DNA of 52,814 bases, filler included, from Catajapyx aquilonaris (Eukaryota), in the NCBI GenBank assembly GCA_000934665.2. It is 3 parts of 3 records of this genome, joined end to end, with 100 filler letters (N's around TTAATTAATTAA, not from the genome) between each part and the next. Parts side by side here need not be neighbours in the genome. Positions count along the whole stretch, not along the records: positions 1 to 17,494 come from JYFJ02006930.1; positions 17,595 to 35,075 come from JYFJ02006931.1; 1 more part is not named here. One strand, written 5' to 3'. This document shows positions 12,648 to 25,219 of this stretch, piece by piece. Every line of letters starts with the position of its first letter. The stretch's first letter is position 1. Below the pieces are notes generated by a model. That model saw nothing but the letters and a program-made list of their open reading frames with translations, had not been told where the DNA came from and searched no databases. Both the position numbers and the translations under genes were made by a program.

Positions 12648-13655
12648 CTATTTCATCCAAAATTCTAAAAGGACCCTATAGACATCCATATCAGCACACT
12701 CCTTCCAAGGCTGACTGTCTCTCACCTCCCTTACATTGGACTTAATGAACTGCAAGCATGCATCCTTCAGTGCTGGCAACTCAAGCAAGATGGCATGCCT
12801 CAAAATGTTAATTACATTGTCAACAGTCAAATGGGTGCTGACATGCTCCTCCATTAGAAACTGAAGCCGTGAGATCTGATACTTATGAGATGCAATCAGC
12901 AGATCCATGGCCTGGTCCGTCACATCATCAGGGGTGTCATCAGTGTACATGAAATTAACGAGGCCCCTCAGGACATCTGGCTCTATGTCCTTAACCACGA
13001 CCTTGCCAGTCTTCTGTTCCTCTGTGTCGTGATTAAACATGGCTGCAAACACAGGGCTTCGAGCACACAGAATGAACTTGTGCACTGGGATTTCCGATCC
13101 ATCACTTGCCACCAGAGTTCCATCCTTGCCATCATGGGACTCCAGCATGCTCTCCACATCCGAATACAATCCAGAGCAACGGACTTCAGGTGTCCTTTCA
13201 CAATACAACATGACCTCTCCCTTGCAAATCAAAGACATGCAATCATTTGGAAGAAGGTCAGAAGCTCTCTCTTCCAAGACTTTGATTTCAATGAATTGAG
13301 GAAAGCCCCACTCTGAACTGTGGTGGCAGAATGTGCGCATCTTTTTAACATCCCTAGTGAAGTCCTTTTTGCCATTTGCACTCTTAATGGTGAGGGAATA
13401 TGTGGTAGGGAATTGTAAGCCATCTGTATTAGCAGAGCAATGAAGAAAAAGAGATACATGACCTTTACTAGATTCTCCATCCCCATTGGGAAAAAGCTCT
13501 AGGTGCCATTGCGTCTTCTTCAATCCACTGATGGTGAAGCAATCAGATTTAATTTTGTTTTTATCCATTTCATGGGGCTTGTACTTCTCAATGGTCCATT
13601 CAAAACAAAATGGTCTCACATCTGCAGTCATGGTGAATTGCTGTGTGGTAGTCAT
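12648..13655 (-). CDS. MATH-BTB(-BACK) protein, SPOP/roadkill-like, array copy 3 (335 aa, intronless CDS)
   Basis: FEWTIEKY, WHLELFPNG, HVSLFL, WGFPQFI, PVHKFILCARSPVFAAMF, LKDACLQFI. ATG 13655 follows the conserved ttttcacag acceptor (13670-13671). Confidence 0.9.
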   Translation of the reverse strand: MTTTQQFTMTADVRPFCFEWTIEKYKPHEMDKNKIKSDCFTISGLKKTQWHLELFPNGDGESSKGHVSLFLHCSANTDGLQFPTTYSLTIKSANGKKDFTRDVKKMRTFCHHSSEWGFPQFIEIKVLEERASDLLPNDCMSLICKGEVMLYCERTPEVRCSGLYSDVESMLESHDGKDGTLVASDGSEIPVHKFILCARSPVFAAMFNHDTEEQKTGKVVVKDIEPDVLRGLVNFMYTDDTPDDVTDQAMDLLIASHKYQISRLQFLMEEHVSTHLTVDNVINILRHAILLELPALKDACLQFIKSNVREVRDSQPWKECADMDVYRVLLEFWMK

Positions 13656-14423
13656 TTTTTGCCAATCAACTGTGAAAAGCAAGAACAAAAATGACTTCCT
13701 AAACAAAATAATTACTTCCACTGCACAGAACTAACAATGTTATCACCAGGATGCATTTGTGTTGCATCCAACACAAGTTCAACCATAACAAACTGCAAAG
13801 GAAACCAATGTGACTAGGTCTCAGTTTTGCAATGTGACAATTTTGATACACAATTGAATGGGTAATCCTGTGGTTCATAACTGAGATCACACAAAAATGA
13901 ACATAGTGTATGCCCAAACATCCAAGGTATGCATAAGTCAAAACATTTCCAGAACCTTCATTGTGGGGGTAACCTTCTACAATACCATGATGTCATGCAC
14001 ATATTTAATTGCACAACATGTAGAGTAAAAAATTAATAAAATCACACATGCACAGCAGAAATATATCATTGAAAATTAATTAATTGAAAATATTTTCCCA
14101 AAATAAATTTTGCACATATGTCTTTAAAAGTCATCGTATCTCAGTTGTCAGTCAGAGTCGGCTCCTAACAAAGTGACGATTTGCGGGGGAAGGACCAAGG
14201 TGACCACTATGAAAATCGCCACTAAATTAATCTCCCGACTTTCCCCCACATGAATATGATTTTTTGTTAACATCTTAATATTTTTAATGAAGCTAGGGAC
14301 ACTTTTCTCAAGGCCCGCAGATCGGCTCCCATAAGGCTCCATGCATAAGGGGCCGCCAGAAGCCCAACTTTGAAAATGAGTATCTCACAAACGAGATAGA
14401 CGAACCTCTTGAAACTGTCACGC

Positions 14424-14640
14424 CAAACACACCCCAGGGAGCGCCCACTTTTCAAGTTTCCATCATGGAGATGCCCCCATGCAACAATTAAGGCATTTGT
14501 TAGGCAATTTTTGGTTGCCAAAAGTGTTTATGAAATATATACAGGGCAATTTTTGGTTTTTACCCCATTTTTTATGTCATTGTTGCATGAGGGCATCTCC
14601 ATGGGAACTTGAAACGTGGGCGGTCCCTGGGGTGTGTGTG
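14424..14640. repeat. ~60-bp inverted repeat pair
   Basis: cacaccccaggga..tggagatgccc..catgcaacaat / attgttgcatg..gggcatctcca..tccctggggtgtg. Confidence 0.7.
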
Positions 14641-15559
14641 GCATATTTCCATTGACTAGGAATTGGTGAACAAAATGATGATGTCATTTGGAAGTTATCA
14701 TGGGCTGCCTATAACAAGGAAATATTTGAAGTTAATTGTCACAATTTTGAGGATTTTCTGCAAACTCTATAATCATTTTCTCTGCTAATAGGTACATTGT
14801 ATTGGCTCGATGAGAAATGTAAATGCCATTCATGATGATCAAGATGACAGCAGTGATTTTTGGTTTACAATAAAGGGAGTGATTATCTTCACCTGGGAAA
14901 CTCAGTCATTATGATCGGACAGTGATGATTATACGGTTTCGTAATTTAACTCAGATCCTCAGGTGGACACTACGGTAATTTTAGGTCACTAAGTTTTCAC
15001 TTTTTGTTTGGATTGGCCTGAATTGTGGACACCATTGGTAGGTTTTGGAGTAGTACGTAAGTATAACTTACGACCACATTTTAAAAATCATTCGTGGAGT
15101 CAGTGCAGATGATAAGTATGGGTTAGATTTTTATTTACATGGATGTGGGCTCGTTTCTGAAACTGCAAGTACAAATTTGGCCTATATTGTCAGCACATAT
15201 TATGAGCCCACTATAATAAATTCACAGCATGGTTTTTTGCTGGTGCTCCATATCTCTCATCTCAGCACGTGTTCATCGTAATGGGAAACCTAGACATTAC
15301 AGTCGCTGATAATTCCCACCACCAGACAAGGTAATCATGTGCAGACTATCCCACCTCATTCTCTCAACTTTTCTCCGCTTACCCAAAACAGTGACTCAAA
15401 CTGAAATGTTGGCTGGGCCAGTCGATGAGAAAATGTCCTCCCCTCTTCCTCTGCTGTCAGTTTAGCTTGACTCCTGCCAAGAACAAGAGTAGAGTTGTGA
15501 GTGGCCTTGAGTGCTGTGCAGCAATCATGCAAATACCATCAAAGGGCATTCCCTGGTAA

Positions 15560-16740
15560 GGGTGCAGTTTAGCGCCGCAAAAATCTTGCAGGTTTATATA
15601 TATTTTCTGGATTTACTCGATGAGCTGAGTCGAATGACACTATTCCTAGTGTGCGGAAATGTTTGGTTCAAGAGTAACGGAATTTTGAAATTGCATGTAA
15701 TAACAATGAATAAATGAAAATAAACAAGTGTTCCATTGTTGAAACAGTTTACTCCCATTGTTGAGTGAGGGCATCTGCATAGTAATTTTACACGTAATTT
15801 GGGGGTTGTGTGTTCACAGCATTACTGTCCGCCTTGTGGCGGCGTAGATGTGGGTGTTGCGTGATGTGGGTGTGGCAAAGCCACAATAACGTTCATTGGC
15901 CTGCAGCGCCACAAATCGGACAGTAAATATTGTGATTACAAAACTCACAATATAAGCGCCTAGCTCCACTGATGCTCCGCATTAACTAAAATTGTCATGC
16001 ACAAGTGACGTACCGTGCCTGGCAGGGTCACAAGACGGACAGTACTGGTGCGGTCACTCCCAACGCCTCCCAGATAACACCAACACAATCAGTGTGGGGC
16101 ATGCCTTGCACAATAAAAAAAAGCTTAGGATACATTTACGGCAACACTTGTTGGCGTGCAAGACGAGGCCTCCAGCATCAGTATAGCTGGGCTGGAGACA
16201 CCATCCTCCAAGGCTTTCCCCTAAGAGGTTAACCACTTCGGTCCTCCGGTGTACACCTGCAGTGGTACTCACAGATACTCCTTGGTACTCCATAAATTTG
16301 GTACTCCAGTGTACACCTGACAGTCGAGTGGTTAACCCCTGGCTTGCCCAATTCCAGATACGTACGTAACGATATCCTTGGCCATGAATGCTCCTGAATG
16401 ATGTTAAATTAATTAAACTCCTACAATCTTGTTCTATATCCAACGAACCTAAAACAACCATTTATTTACATAATTCAGCATCCCTCACAGCATGTTGTCA
16501 TGTAACTCTCACGTTTACACGGAGAATCACCTCCCGTAACAATGGAAGTGAACAGTTTCATCAAAGGAATACGTGTTTACTTTCATTTAATTCATTGTTA
16601 TTACTTGCAATTTAATAATTCAATTACTCTTGAACCAAGCATTTCCGCACTCTATGAATAGTGTCATTCGACTCAGCTCATCGCGTAGATCCAGGAAATA
16701 TACAGAAACCTGCAAGACTTTTGCGGTGCTCAACTGGACC
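15560..16740. mobile_element. Non-autonomous DNA element with ~200-bp TIRs
   Basis: 15560-15762 is the reverse complement of 16538-16740, which explains the twin ORFs 15511+ and 16620-; small internal inverted repeats at ~15815-15935 and ~16227-16340. Confidence 0.75.
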
Positions 16741-17494
16741 GAAGCCAATTCCCTTGCAAACCGCTCAAATACGGTATTCCAATTGAATGGTGCACAAACA
16801 ACATTCAAAAATAAGGGATACAATCAGGGGTAATTGCCTGTAAGTGAGAATATCATCTTGGAAACTGTTTAATTCTTTCCTTTTGGGCTTATGCCGTAAC
16901 TGGTAAACATATGGCATGAGAAAACAATTATAATGGGCTTCAACAATGATATCTGTAAAAAAATGTAATTTTTGTTAAATATTAAGCCATGTTTATATGC
17001 GAGAGATTTGATCAATAATGTTGCCACAGTGTCATTATTGCCAAGCAAAAGTAACAATGGAAGGAAGAATGTATTTTGGCCCCAAACAATTGGTCTAATA
17101 TCGCTCGGCAATGACATTGTTGCAACTTCGCTGATCAAATCGCTCGCATGTATAAATATGTGGAGATTTTGAAAGGTTGCACTTTTTAAACTATCATCAA
17201 CACATATGGATAAGTGGAAATTTCAAGTGTAAAATCAACACCTGTCCCCATGTTTTGCTTCAAATGCAAGCTACCATTAGAAAGGATGTTTAACATGCTT
17301 TGGAGAAGTATACAGTCATGCATTATTACTCACAACCACCCTTTGAAGACCATGCAAGTAAGCAAAGTGTATCATTTGTAGGTAAGCAAAGTGTATCATT
17401 TGGTGCCAACAGATTCACAATTGGGAACCCTGGCGATAGGGAATGATGGTGGAGGAACGGACCGGAATGAACCGGGAAGGCGTGAATCGCAATG

Positions 17495-17594
17495 NNNNNN
17501 NNNNNNNNNNNNNNNNNNNNNNNNNNNNNNNNNNNNNNTTAATTAATTAANNNNNNNNNNNNNNNNNNNNNNNNNNNNNNNNNNNNNNNNNNNN
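17495..17594. other. Artificial assembly spacer (44N-TTAATTAATTAA-44N)
   Basis: Exactly 100 bp; the linker puts TAA in all six frames. Confidence 0.97.
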
Positions 17595-17619
17595 GCCAAA
17601 ATCCCATAATGCAAAGTTA

Positions 17620-17950
17620 AAAATTGTTATAAACGCGTAGGTCCAGGACCAGGTTGGCAACACCGCATAACTCCTGACCGAAGGAGCCGATGAAGTGCTG
17701 CCATCTCTCAAACGACTTCTACAGACCTAGGGAACATATGTGCCAAGCGGTACCTTATTATCACAAAATGCAACGTAAAAACCGCTAAGGTCATCCCAGC
17801 TAGGCCATGTTGGCAACACCGCATAACTCGTGACCTAAGGGGCCGATCAGTTGCCTGCAACTCGGGAATTGCTCCTATAGGCCTAGGGCGGCCTATAGGG
17901 AACATATGTGCCAAGTGGCACCTTCTTATCACAAAGTGCAAGGTTAAAGC
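17620..17950. repeat. Tandem repeat, ~160-170 bp unit, about two copies at contig edge
   Basis: gttggcaacaccgcataactc near 17653 and 17808; ggaacatatgtgccaag near 17730 and 17899. Confidence 0.75.
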
Positions 17951-19439
17951 GCTTAGGGCCCGGACTAGTCGGGGTGAAATGTGAGGACGGCAACAATATG
18001 GGCCTAGTAAAGATGGCGGACGCCTGACATTATTGGACTAATTGCCGTCCCAGTTGTCCTTATTGGTTGTTGTCCCAATTGCTAGCGGACAACTGTTAGA
18101 ACAACAACAGAGCAACAATAGTAAGGATGGCTGCTGCCTCAGCCTGGCTAATAGGAAAGGATAAGGAGTACGGTACTTCCTCTAGGTAATAGGATATTAT
18201 AGCAGAACCCTTTGACCATCACCGATCATCACTCTTGCTGAACATGTACCTGGTGCCCTTTCCCTCCCAACTTGTCTTCCTTTTTCCCACTGCCTCGCCC
18301 ACTCATCGGTCCAATAGGCTACCGTTACCACCCAAACCCATCTTCCCTGGGGCAAACCGGCCTATCCACAGAGTCTGCTTTTGCCCAGCATGCCACACTC
18401 TGCAGTTTCGTGTTTCCTTATCCATCATCTCCACTTTTGTTCCAACACCGTCCACCTATCGCCAGAATATCTCTCTGGATAACCCCATGGGACTCGCCAC
18501 CCACTGGCCCTAACCCCACCCCTGCGCTTGCCCAGGGGCAGCCCAAGGGCTGAGGTTGTAGAAGGTTGACGAACTGCTTAGCCTGTATAAAACCAAGAGC
18601 TCTTGATAAAACCAATTTAGCTAATGTAACGTAATCTAAATGTAGCTAATAAAATGTACTGTACCAGAGGCTCGAACCCTCGATACTGGTAGAACCCATC
18701 AGCTCCTATTTGAGTTTGGTTCCACAGTGTAGACCAATGTAGTGTAGAGCCCCTGAGCAACAGGTGGTCAACATGAATGCACCCGTTTTCATGGTAGTGT
18801 AGTCAACAATCAACAAATCCATTTTGGTCTCATTTTCCCTTCCTGCAACCTTTGATGACCTCGAAGGTCAAATCTGATGTACCCATAACCTTTCCCATCA
18901 AAAATGACCCACAACAGACCCCTTTTGACATTTATACAGTAAACAGCTCCATATTGATTTGCACCTAGAACATATAGAGATCCATTTAAAAAAATTTATT
19001 AGCAAAACTTCCGGAAAGGACTTTAACGAATTTAGTTTTTTATTTTTTGTATTGGTTTACCAATCCAGTTTTACTGTACACTTTAAAAAATAGATCTACA
19101 GTAGTCGACTTGATTTTAACAATAAGTATGATTTCAAAAGCATACTCTGGTAAAAATTTTACGGCAAAATCTTTCTGCAGTTGTTGTTTCAGGAAAAAAA
19201 CCCACTTAATCTGTTTCAATTAGTACATCACAAAAATACATTGAAAATCCAGAGGTGAATCATTAAGCCAATAATGTTCAACTGTTTTCTGGCAAATTAT
19301 GGGTTCATTAAACTAATACTGAAATGCCCTAAGATAAAACACCAGGTACAAAGACATTAATTTCCTTCAGACAATCCTGTCTTCCAAGTGAGTTCCAAGG
19401 TATACCTTGTTACTTGCTTCTAGCCAATAGCCCACTTCT

Positions 19440-19645
19440 TGTACAAAACAGATTCAAGAGACAGAGGTGGGGTGGAAGCAGGAAGTGATTATGGCCATTC
19501 TGAAACAGAAACCATCCTGAAATTTCCCTTGTGGCTTCTGAAAAACCACAGAAAACTCCAGTCAGGTGGGTTGGCACAAGGGACCAAACCTAGAGGCTCC
19601 CATATGACAGCCTGAATACCTAACCACTATACTAGATCACCTCAG
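19440..19645 (-). mobile_element. Degenerate tRNA-Asp-derived SINE
   Basis: Minus strand ctagtatagtggttaggtattcaggctgtcatatgggag resembles the tRNA-Asp(GTC) 5' half; central ggatggtttc...ggcca...cttcct motif shared with the 50.5 kb SINE. Confidence 0.6.
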
Positions 19646-19856
19646 AAACACATTCAGTGCTTCTGCTTAAGCTCTGATTTGGCCTCACCTTCCCTAATTA
19701 TCAGCATGACTCGATCATCTGCATTCGTTCCTGTACTGTCTTACTATCTTCAGAGTACAAATAACTTACTCTACAATAAAGTGTATGACTCTGTAGTATT
19801 GTTTGATGTGTTCACTTTTATTACAGTTTCTCACAAGTGTATGCTCCTGCAAGTGA

Positions 19857-20191
19857 CTAGTACACAAATGGTGTGGCAATCACTCCATTGTGATCAGCAC
19901 CACAAGAGACATGGATGATGCGTGCACCTATGCAGACCTTGGAAGGAAAGGTTTGATCCTTGTCATGTCCCAGCCCCAGGCATCTTTCTGTGTTTCGGCC
20001 CCATGCATACAGATGACCTTCTGAGTTGAGAGCCATAAGGTGAGTGGGACCCGCATGCAGGGAAGTAACTCTGGCACCTTCAGCTTCACCTTGAAGAATT
20101 GCTGGAGGTATTTTACTGGGACGGTCAGCATGTTCCACTCTTGGCCCTAGACCCAGATATCCATATCCCCACACCCAAACATCTCCTTCAT
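19857..20191 (-). CDS. RCC1L: RCC1L coding exon 4 (terminal)
   Basis: tttgcag acceptor; EGDVWVWGYGYLGLGP...SCGADH...stop. Confidence 0.92.
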
Positions 20192-23100
20192 CTGCAAAGA
20201 GAAATTGTAAGCATGCCTTAAACACTTTCAATCTTTTTCTAACATTTTTTTACTACATGTTCAGTTCATCACACCTATCACTTTGTTTGATCAGACCAAA
20301 CAAGCACCATGTCACCTAGCATCATGCCTAGCATATGGGCTGTGTTTATGCATCGGACATCATGGCACATTGCAATTACCATGGTTACAGCCACACTTCC
20401 ACTCAAATATTGGAACAGATTACATAGCATTTCGGACGATACACATAATGACTGCAAAGCTGAGGTGTTGAGTAACCCCAGGCCAAGAGAAAATTTTGGT
20501 TGAACCAAGGATCCAGTGAGACCAGTATTAATAAGGAAAACAAACACGGGGTATATAGGCCTACATGGTGTTCCCTGTAACTCGGTACAGACTTGTAGGG
20601 GACCAAGACAAGTATTTTTCACATAGGAACCCATGTCCAGAAACCAATCCCAACGGCGCTACGGCCCATTATCATCCATTATTGTAACGTCATATGATTG
20701 TTGTATTTCCATTGTGCTCATTGGTTTTTTTTTGTCATAAACAATTCCATTCAATAATAATAATTGAACCATATTTACTGCTCCAATAATGGGATTTTGA
20801 AGGTCCCGTTGCACCGTTGGGATTGGTTTCCAGACACGGTTTTCTATGTGAAAAATACTAACTTGCCTTGGTCCCCTCTATTACCCCTACAAGTCTGTAC
20901 AGAGTTACAGGGAACACCCTGGTATATTTGATTCCTATCTTGAAACCATAGCCTTTTTTTCCTGGGAAGAAAAGGCATCAGACTCTTTGGGTTGCCCAAT
21001 CCCTCTGATGGAATCCCTGGGGTCATATCACACTGGGTAATGTGCCTCAACATCCTCTGGACTTCCAAAATACTTCTTCCAACTCACCTGTGCCCAACAC
21101 TTTTGAAGGCTTTCAACCCTCACTGGTGGAGTCAACCTTGATAGAGGGGCAAGGTTGACTCCCGGATCAGCTTCAGGGTTGAACTGCCCTTACGTACCGT
21201 ACATGAACAGGTGGTTAAGCCCACCTTAACCCAGTGTCAACTCTAACCCCGCATTCGAAAATCCATGGTGCTTAGTATATTCGGCAAAAAGTTGCAGTGG
21301 AGAACCAGTGGCCTTGACAGCAAATTTTATACAATCAGACATTTTTAAAAAGCTCATGAGAAGGGGGAATGAGAGAATGGGAGCTAGAGCTAGGAAAGAA
21401 AAAGGCTTTCAAGGTTACAAACAGTGTATTAATAATAATTCCTCATTTTGAATGTCTTCTGAACAAGAGTTTTCACTTTCATATTCTGCATACAGGGTTT
21501 ATGAATGCATGATAATGAAATGGAATAGTACCTACCATCTAAAACAGCACAGAATGTTGCTCCAGCAGCTACATCCACAATGCGGTGACTCCGTCCCAAT
21601 GAAAGCTGTTGTGGGTAAGCAACCTGCTGGTCTGAGGTAGCAGTCAACAATTGGCCATATTCTGAGTTTCCCCAACCATATACTTCTCCTGCATCTGTTC
21701 AAATAAACAAAAAAATTAAAGCTTTAGTAACTGATAGTTACATAATAATTCCTTCTTAGCTTCATAATACAGCATAAAAAATTGTGATCTCATTATAAGA
21801 CTTGCAACTAAATTAGGGTCAATCCCTTTGTGCTCAACCACCCACATGCTTAGGTGCCTGTTCCTCAAGGGATGTGCATCAGGCACAGGTATCATCACAG
21901 TGCAGGTGGTATCAGTGAACTTTTGTAAAACCTTATGAAACCATTTGACAAGTGAAGGTTGATTCAGTTACATTATCTCAACATAACTGGTATACAAAAG
22001 CATTAAAAAACCAGGTGTTTATGAGAGATGCCATTATTATGGACTGTTTACATTTTTGAGCCACGACATGTGGGTTGTTTTTCCCCTTGCTATGGCATAC
22101 AGCACAGTAATCAGAACTCACAGCATAAGAAGACTAGGATGGAAGCAAGAAATAAGTTCCCTTGTTGCCTTATGTCAAAGCAGAAGTGCACACCTTTATG
22201 AACACTCCATAGAGAGCAAAAGTGTTAAGCCAGTGTGGGTGAGAAGTCCGCTATGCGTAAGGCTCCCAGATATGTATGGGGTTATCGAGTAACAAAGGAC
22301 CTTCCAGGACAAAATTTCCTGCAGTGTAAAATTGATTAATCTATGATCCTATAGTATTTTACTTGCAATCAAAAACCCAGGGCTCTTTATATGCAATCCA
22401 AAATATTTCAGATTATTCCAGGTGTGGATAATGACATGGCTACATTACCTTTAATGTTTAAAAAAAAACATTGCCAGATACTGCATTTCCATACATGATA
22501 CTTTTCAACTTAAATTAAATTTTTCAGTAGGTGTTACTGCATTCAGCTGGGAATATTTACAGAAGAAAATTCTAAACAACTTTTTACACCCTTGAAATTT
22601 AGTGGACCAAGCTGCTTGGCTTTAGATGTTTCCTCCCTACAAAACATGGGCCAATTTCCCAGTGCCAGGCACAGCCTTTAAGTGACCCACTCACCAGTAA
22701 GTGCAAGCACACAGTCAGAGCTGGATGAAACTTTGATCACTCGCTTTCCTTGCAGCTCCCCTCTCACAGGTCCAGGCTCCCACATTGTGTTAGCAAGTCC
22801 TCGCCCAGTCTGACCATCACAGCTCCAGCCAAAAGTCCACAGCTCCCCATCTTCACTCAGCACCAGGCTGTGGTCCTGTCCACAAAATACTTTGGCAGCC
22901 CGCTGACTGTGCGGAAGACGTATTCGATGCACGACACCAGATCGAAAGTAATCTTCATCTGCCACCACTGACCGTCCACACTGACCCAGTGAGTTGGATC
23001 CTAGAGCCAGCACTTCATTATGGGAGGTGAGTAGTAATGCATGAGCCCGACCACAGGCAGACTGAACGACACGTTCACCAGATTTCAATGGTACTGGTAT

Positions 23101-24686
23101 AGGAACTGGTTCCAGAATTGTCTGAAGGGGTTTACTTTTACTTCCTGCAACATGGATGCCAAGCTGTGCATCTGAATTTAAGCCCATTCCAAACACCCTT
23201 CCATCAGATGTAACCAGATGTGTAAAGCCATACCCACAGGAGATGTCTATGACGCGATGCTTTTCAGCAAATTGGTGTCGCACTGGATGATGCACAGTTG
23301 GGAGAGGATTCTTTTTCCCTTTTTGTTTTGGCCGGACAAAGGTGGGGATACCAATTGCACCATGTACAGTGCAACCCCAGAGATACACACGGTGGGGCAC
23401 TGTCTTGTGACGTGTCTCTGACACATACTGAAAAGCTGAAATTCAAGTTGGCATATCAAAAATTATAAAATAATACCAGCAGAATGTGCAACAAGATTCA
23501 ATCATACTATGGAAATAAAATGGGATGTGCATGATATATTGCATCAAAACTTAAAAGGCGGTGCTGACCAGCTGTCTTATCTGAACTTTTAGATCATTAT
23601 GGTACAACAATTTAAAGTAATTATTCAGAACAGTGGGTCATAATAAAATTACAGCTATTTGGCTATACCTGGCTATACTAATGAAATATTAATGAATTCA
23701 ATTTATATGGTTACACAAACTGGTGCATTATGTTTTTAATTTAATAATCACAAATCAATTTTGACTGTTGTTGAAAACTTAAACAAAAAGCTCTATCTCA
23801 CTTCTACCTTATTTTCTGAATCTACCTTCTCTCCACACAACCTGCCTACCTAAATTTCATTTTCCTAATTTTGATCATCTCCATACATGGCTCGAACCGA
23901 CTTTTTCTGATCATGAGTCTAACAGGTAGCCTGCAGAGCTATTAGGTGCCCGTTGGCAACTGTCTGCTTGAAGGTTCTGGACCTCAGTTTCACTGTGTGC
24001 CGTATCACAGTATCATTCAGGATGGTATATTAGTACTGTTGACCATTCTTGCCTTCAATGGCTACCTTCAGAAGAACAGTACTGTAGAAGCAAAAAAACA
24101 GTGACACCCATTCTGAATAATGTTATTCCATAAAATTATGAAAAACGATTGTCTAACATAATATGGTGAACTCTACATGTTGTGGTAGGATAAATGCTAG
24201 TGTGACACCTTCTTCAGACTATTAGGAGAAATAAAACACACTCTAGAAGTGGTCAGATTTACAGTATTCTTCAAGCTAGAAATGGTGAAAGCTCCAAACC
24301 ACCTAAAATTCCAGTCGGTTTCTTATCCCACAAATGATCCTCGTTTACTTCTAACAATCTAAGGTGTTAAGCTAGCGTTTTTACTAATATTCTGCATCCG
24401 TTGGTCAATAGTAGTTCACAATCGTCAAAATCCGCCGCATCTAATGCAAATAAAACCAGAAGGTTGACAACTGCGGTTCATCCCAAACATGTGCCCCGCC
24501 ACACATACTGGGCAACTCCTCCGCGTGTTTAGGATCCAGCGGGTTCTTCCTCTTGTGCTGCCCCCGGACAAAGAGCAGCCCGTTCGACCCCTGCTGCGGG
24601 CACAGCCATCCCTGGGCCAAGGGTGGTGCCCACCTCTGCGACAGAGACGAACACGCCGCCAAGCACACCTTGCGCAGCGCCGACAT
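19857..24686 (-). CDS. RCC1L: RCC1-like G exchanging factor-like protein (WBSCR16), mitochondrial; 4 coding exons, 470 aa
   Basis: Exons 24686-24509, 23435-22695, 21694-21536, 20191-19857. All introns are GT-AG and phase 1; total 1413 nt. N-terminal Arg/Ser-rich presequence-like segment, then TFQYV..RVYLWG, CGYGFT, GMGLNSDAQLG, CGQDHSL, GWSCDGQTG, GWGNSEYGQL, VWGYGYLGLGP, SCGADH, matching WBSCR16 RCC1 repeats. Confidence 0.92.
20562..20924. mobile_element. Tc1/mariner MITE in RCC1L intron 3
   Basis: ~100-bp TIRs ggtgttccctgtaactcggtacagacttgtagggg... / ...cccctacaagtctgtacagagttacagggaacaccc; TA-flanked. Confidence 0.82.
21536..21694 (-). CDS. RCC1L: RCC1L coding exon 3
   Basis: DAGEVYGWGNSEYGQL...AAGATFCAVLD; aacag acceptor; G|GTAGGT donor. 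Confidence 0.9.
22695..23435 (-). CDS. RCC1L: RCC1L coding exon 2
   Basis: Acceptor tttcag at 23436-23437 restores frame (TFQYV); RCC1 repeats; donor G|GTGAGT. Confidence 0.92.
24509..24686 (-). CDS. RCC1L: RCC1L coding exon 1 (targeting peptide)
   Basis: MSALRKVCLAACSS...HAEELP; donor A|GTATGT at 24508. Confidence 0.8.
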
Positions 24687-25164
24687 CTTTATCACGAGAA
24701 GAGACAGCTGACCGCAGCTTCCAATTCAGGCCGGTAGATGCCTCTGCATCTTCCCAACTGGACCTGGTGGTTACGGGTCCGTCCGCAGGCGTCGCCACCG
24801 TCGACGATATTGCGACGGTGACGTCAGCCCGTTGTCCCCGGATGTTGCAAGAGAGAGACTGGGGATGAAAAAAAAGAGAGAAGATTTTTTAGAAGAGTCG
24901 GCTGGAGCTGCAATGGCGGCGGAGGACGGGTCGGGTGTCGCTCGGGTGCCGGGGTTGCGCGGGTGTCTGTCGGGCGGTGTCGAGGCCCGCTCGCTGTGAT
25001 GGACCCACGGACACCCCAGACGTGCCGCGGGCCCACCTGTGCAGGAGGAAGGACTTTTTCCACACACAACACGCATCGACCACTAGTGGATTACCTTTCG
25101 CGCCTCGTGTAATTTACATAATTTCGCATCCAGCATCGTCAGAGTTGGTGCAGCAACTGCAAAC
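24687..25164. promoter_or_regulatory. CpG-rich bidirectional promoter shared by RCC1L and KIF13
   Basis: Divergent ATGs 478 bp apart; GC/CpG-rich; CRE palindrome TGACGTCA at 24819-24826; AATGGCGGC YY1-like motif near 24912. Confidence 0.7.
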
Positions 25165-25219
25165 ATGAGTTCGGACAAGGTGCAGGTGGCCGTCAGGGTG
25201 CGACCCTTCAACAGGAGGG
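25165..25219 (+). CDS. KIF13: Kinesin-3 KIF13A/B (Khc-73) coding exon 1
   Basis: ATG AGT TCG GAC AAG GTG CAG GTG GCC GTC AGG GTG CGA CCC TTC AAC AGG AGG G|GTAAGT = MSSDKVQVAVRVRPFNRR, the KIF13/Khc-73 motor N-terminus. Confidence 0.88.

Noticed and set aside
15511..16823. Two ORFs with near-identical peptides on opposite strands
   Set aside because: Translation of a nucleotide inverted repeat (TE TIRs), with no protein-family signal.
17539..17550. TTAATTAATTAA as a biological motif
   Set aside because: Embedded symmetrically in N runs twice; it is an assembly linker.
17620..17950. Repeat-spacer-like pattern (CRISPR-like)
   Set aside because: Only about two long tandem units with homologous interiors, in a eukaryotic context with no cas genes.
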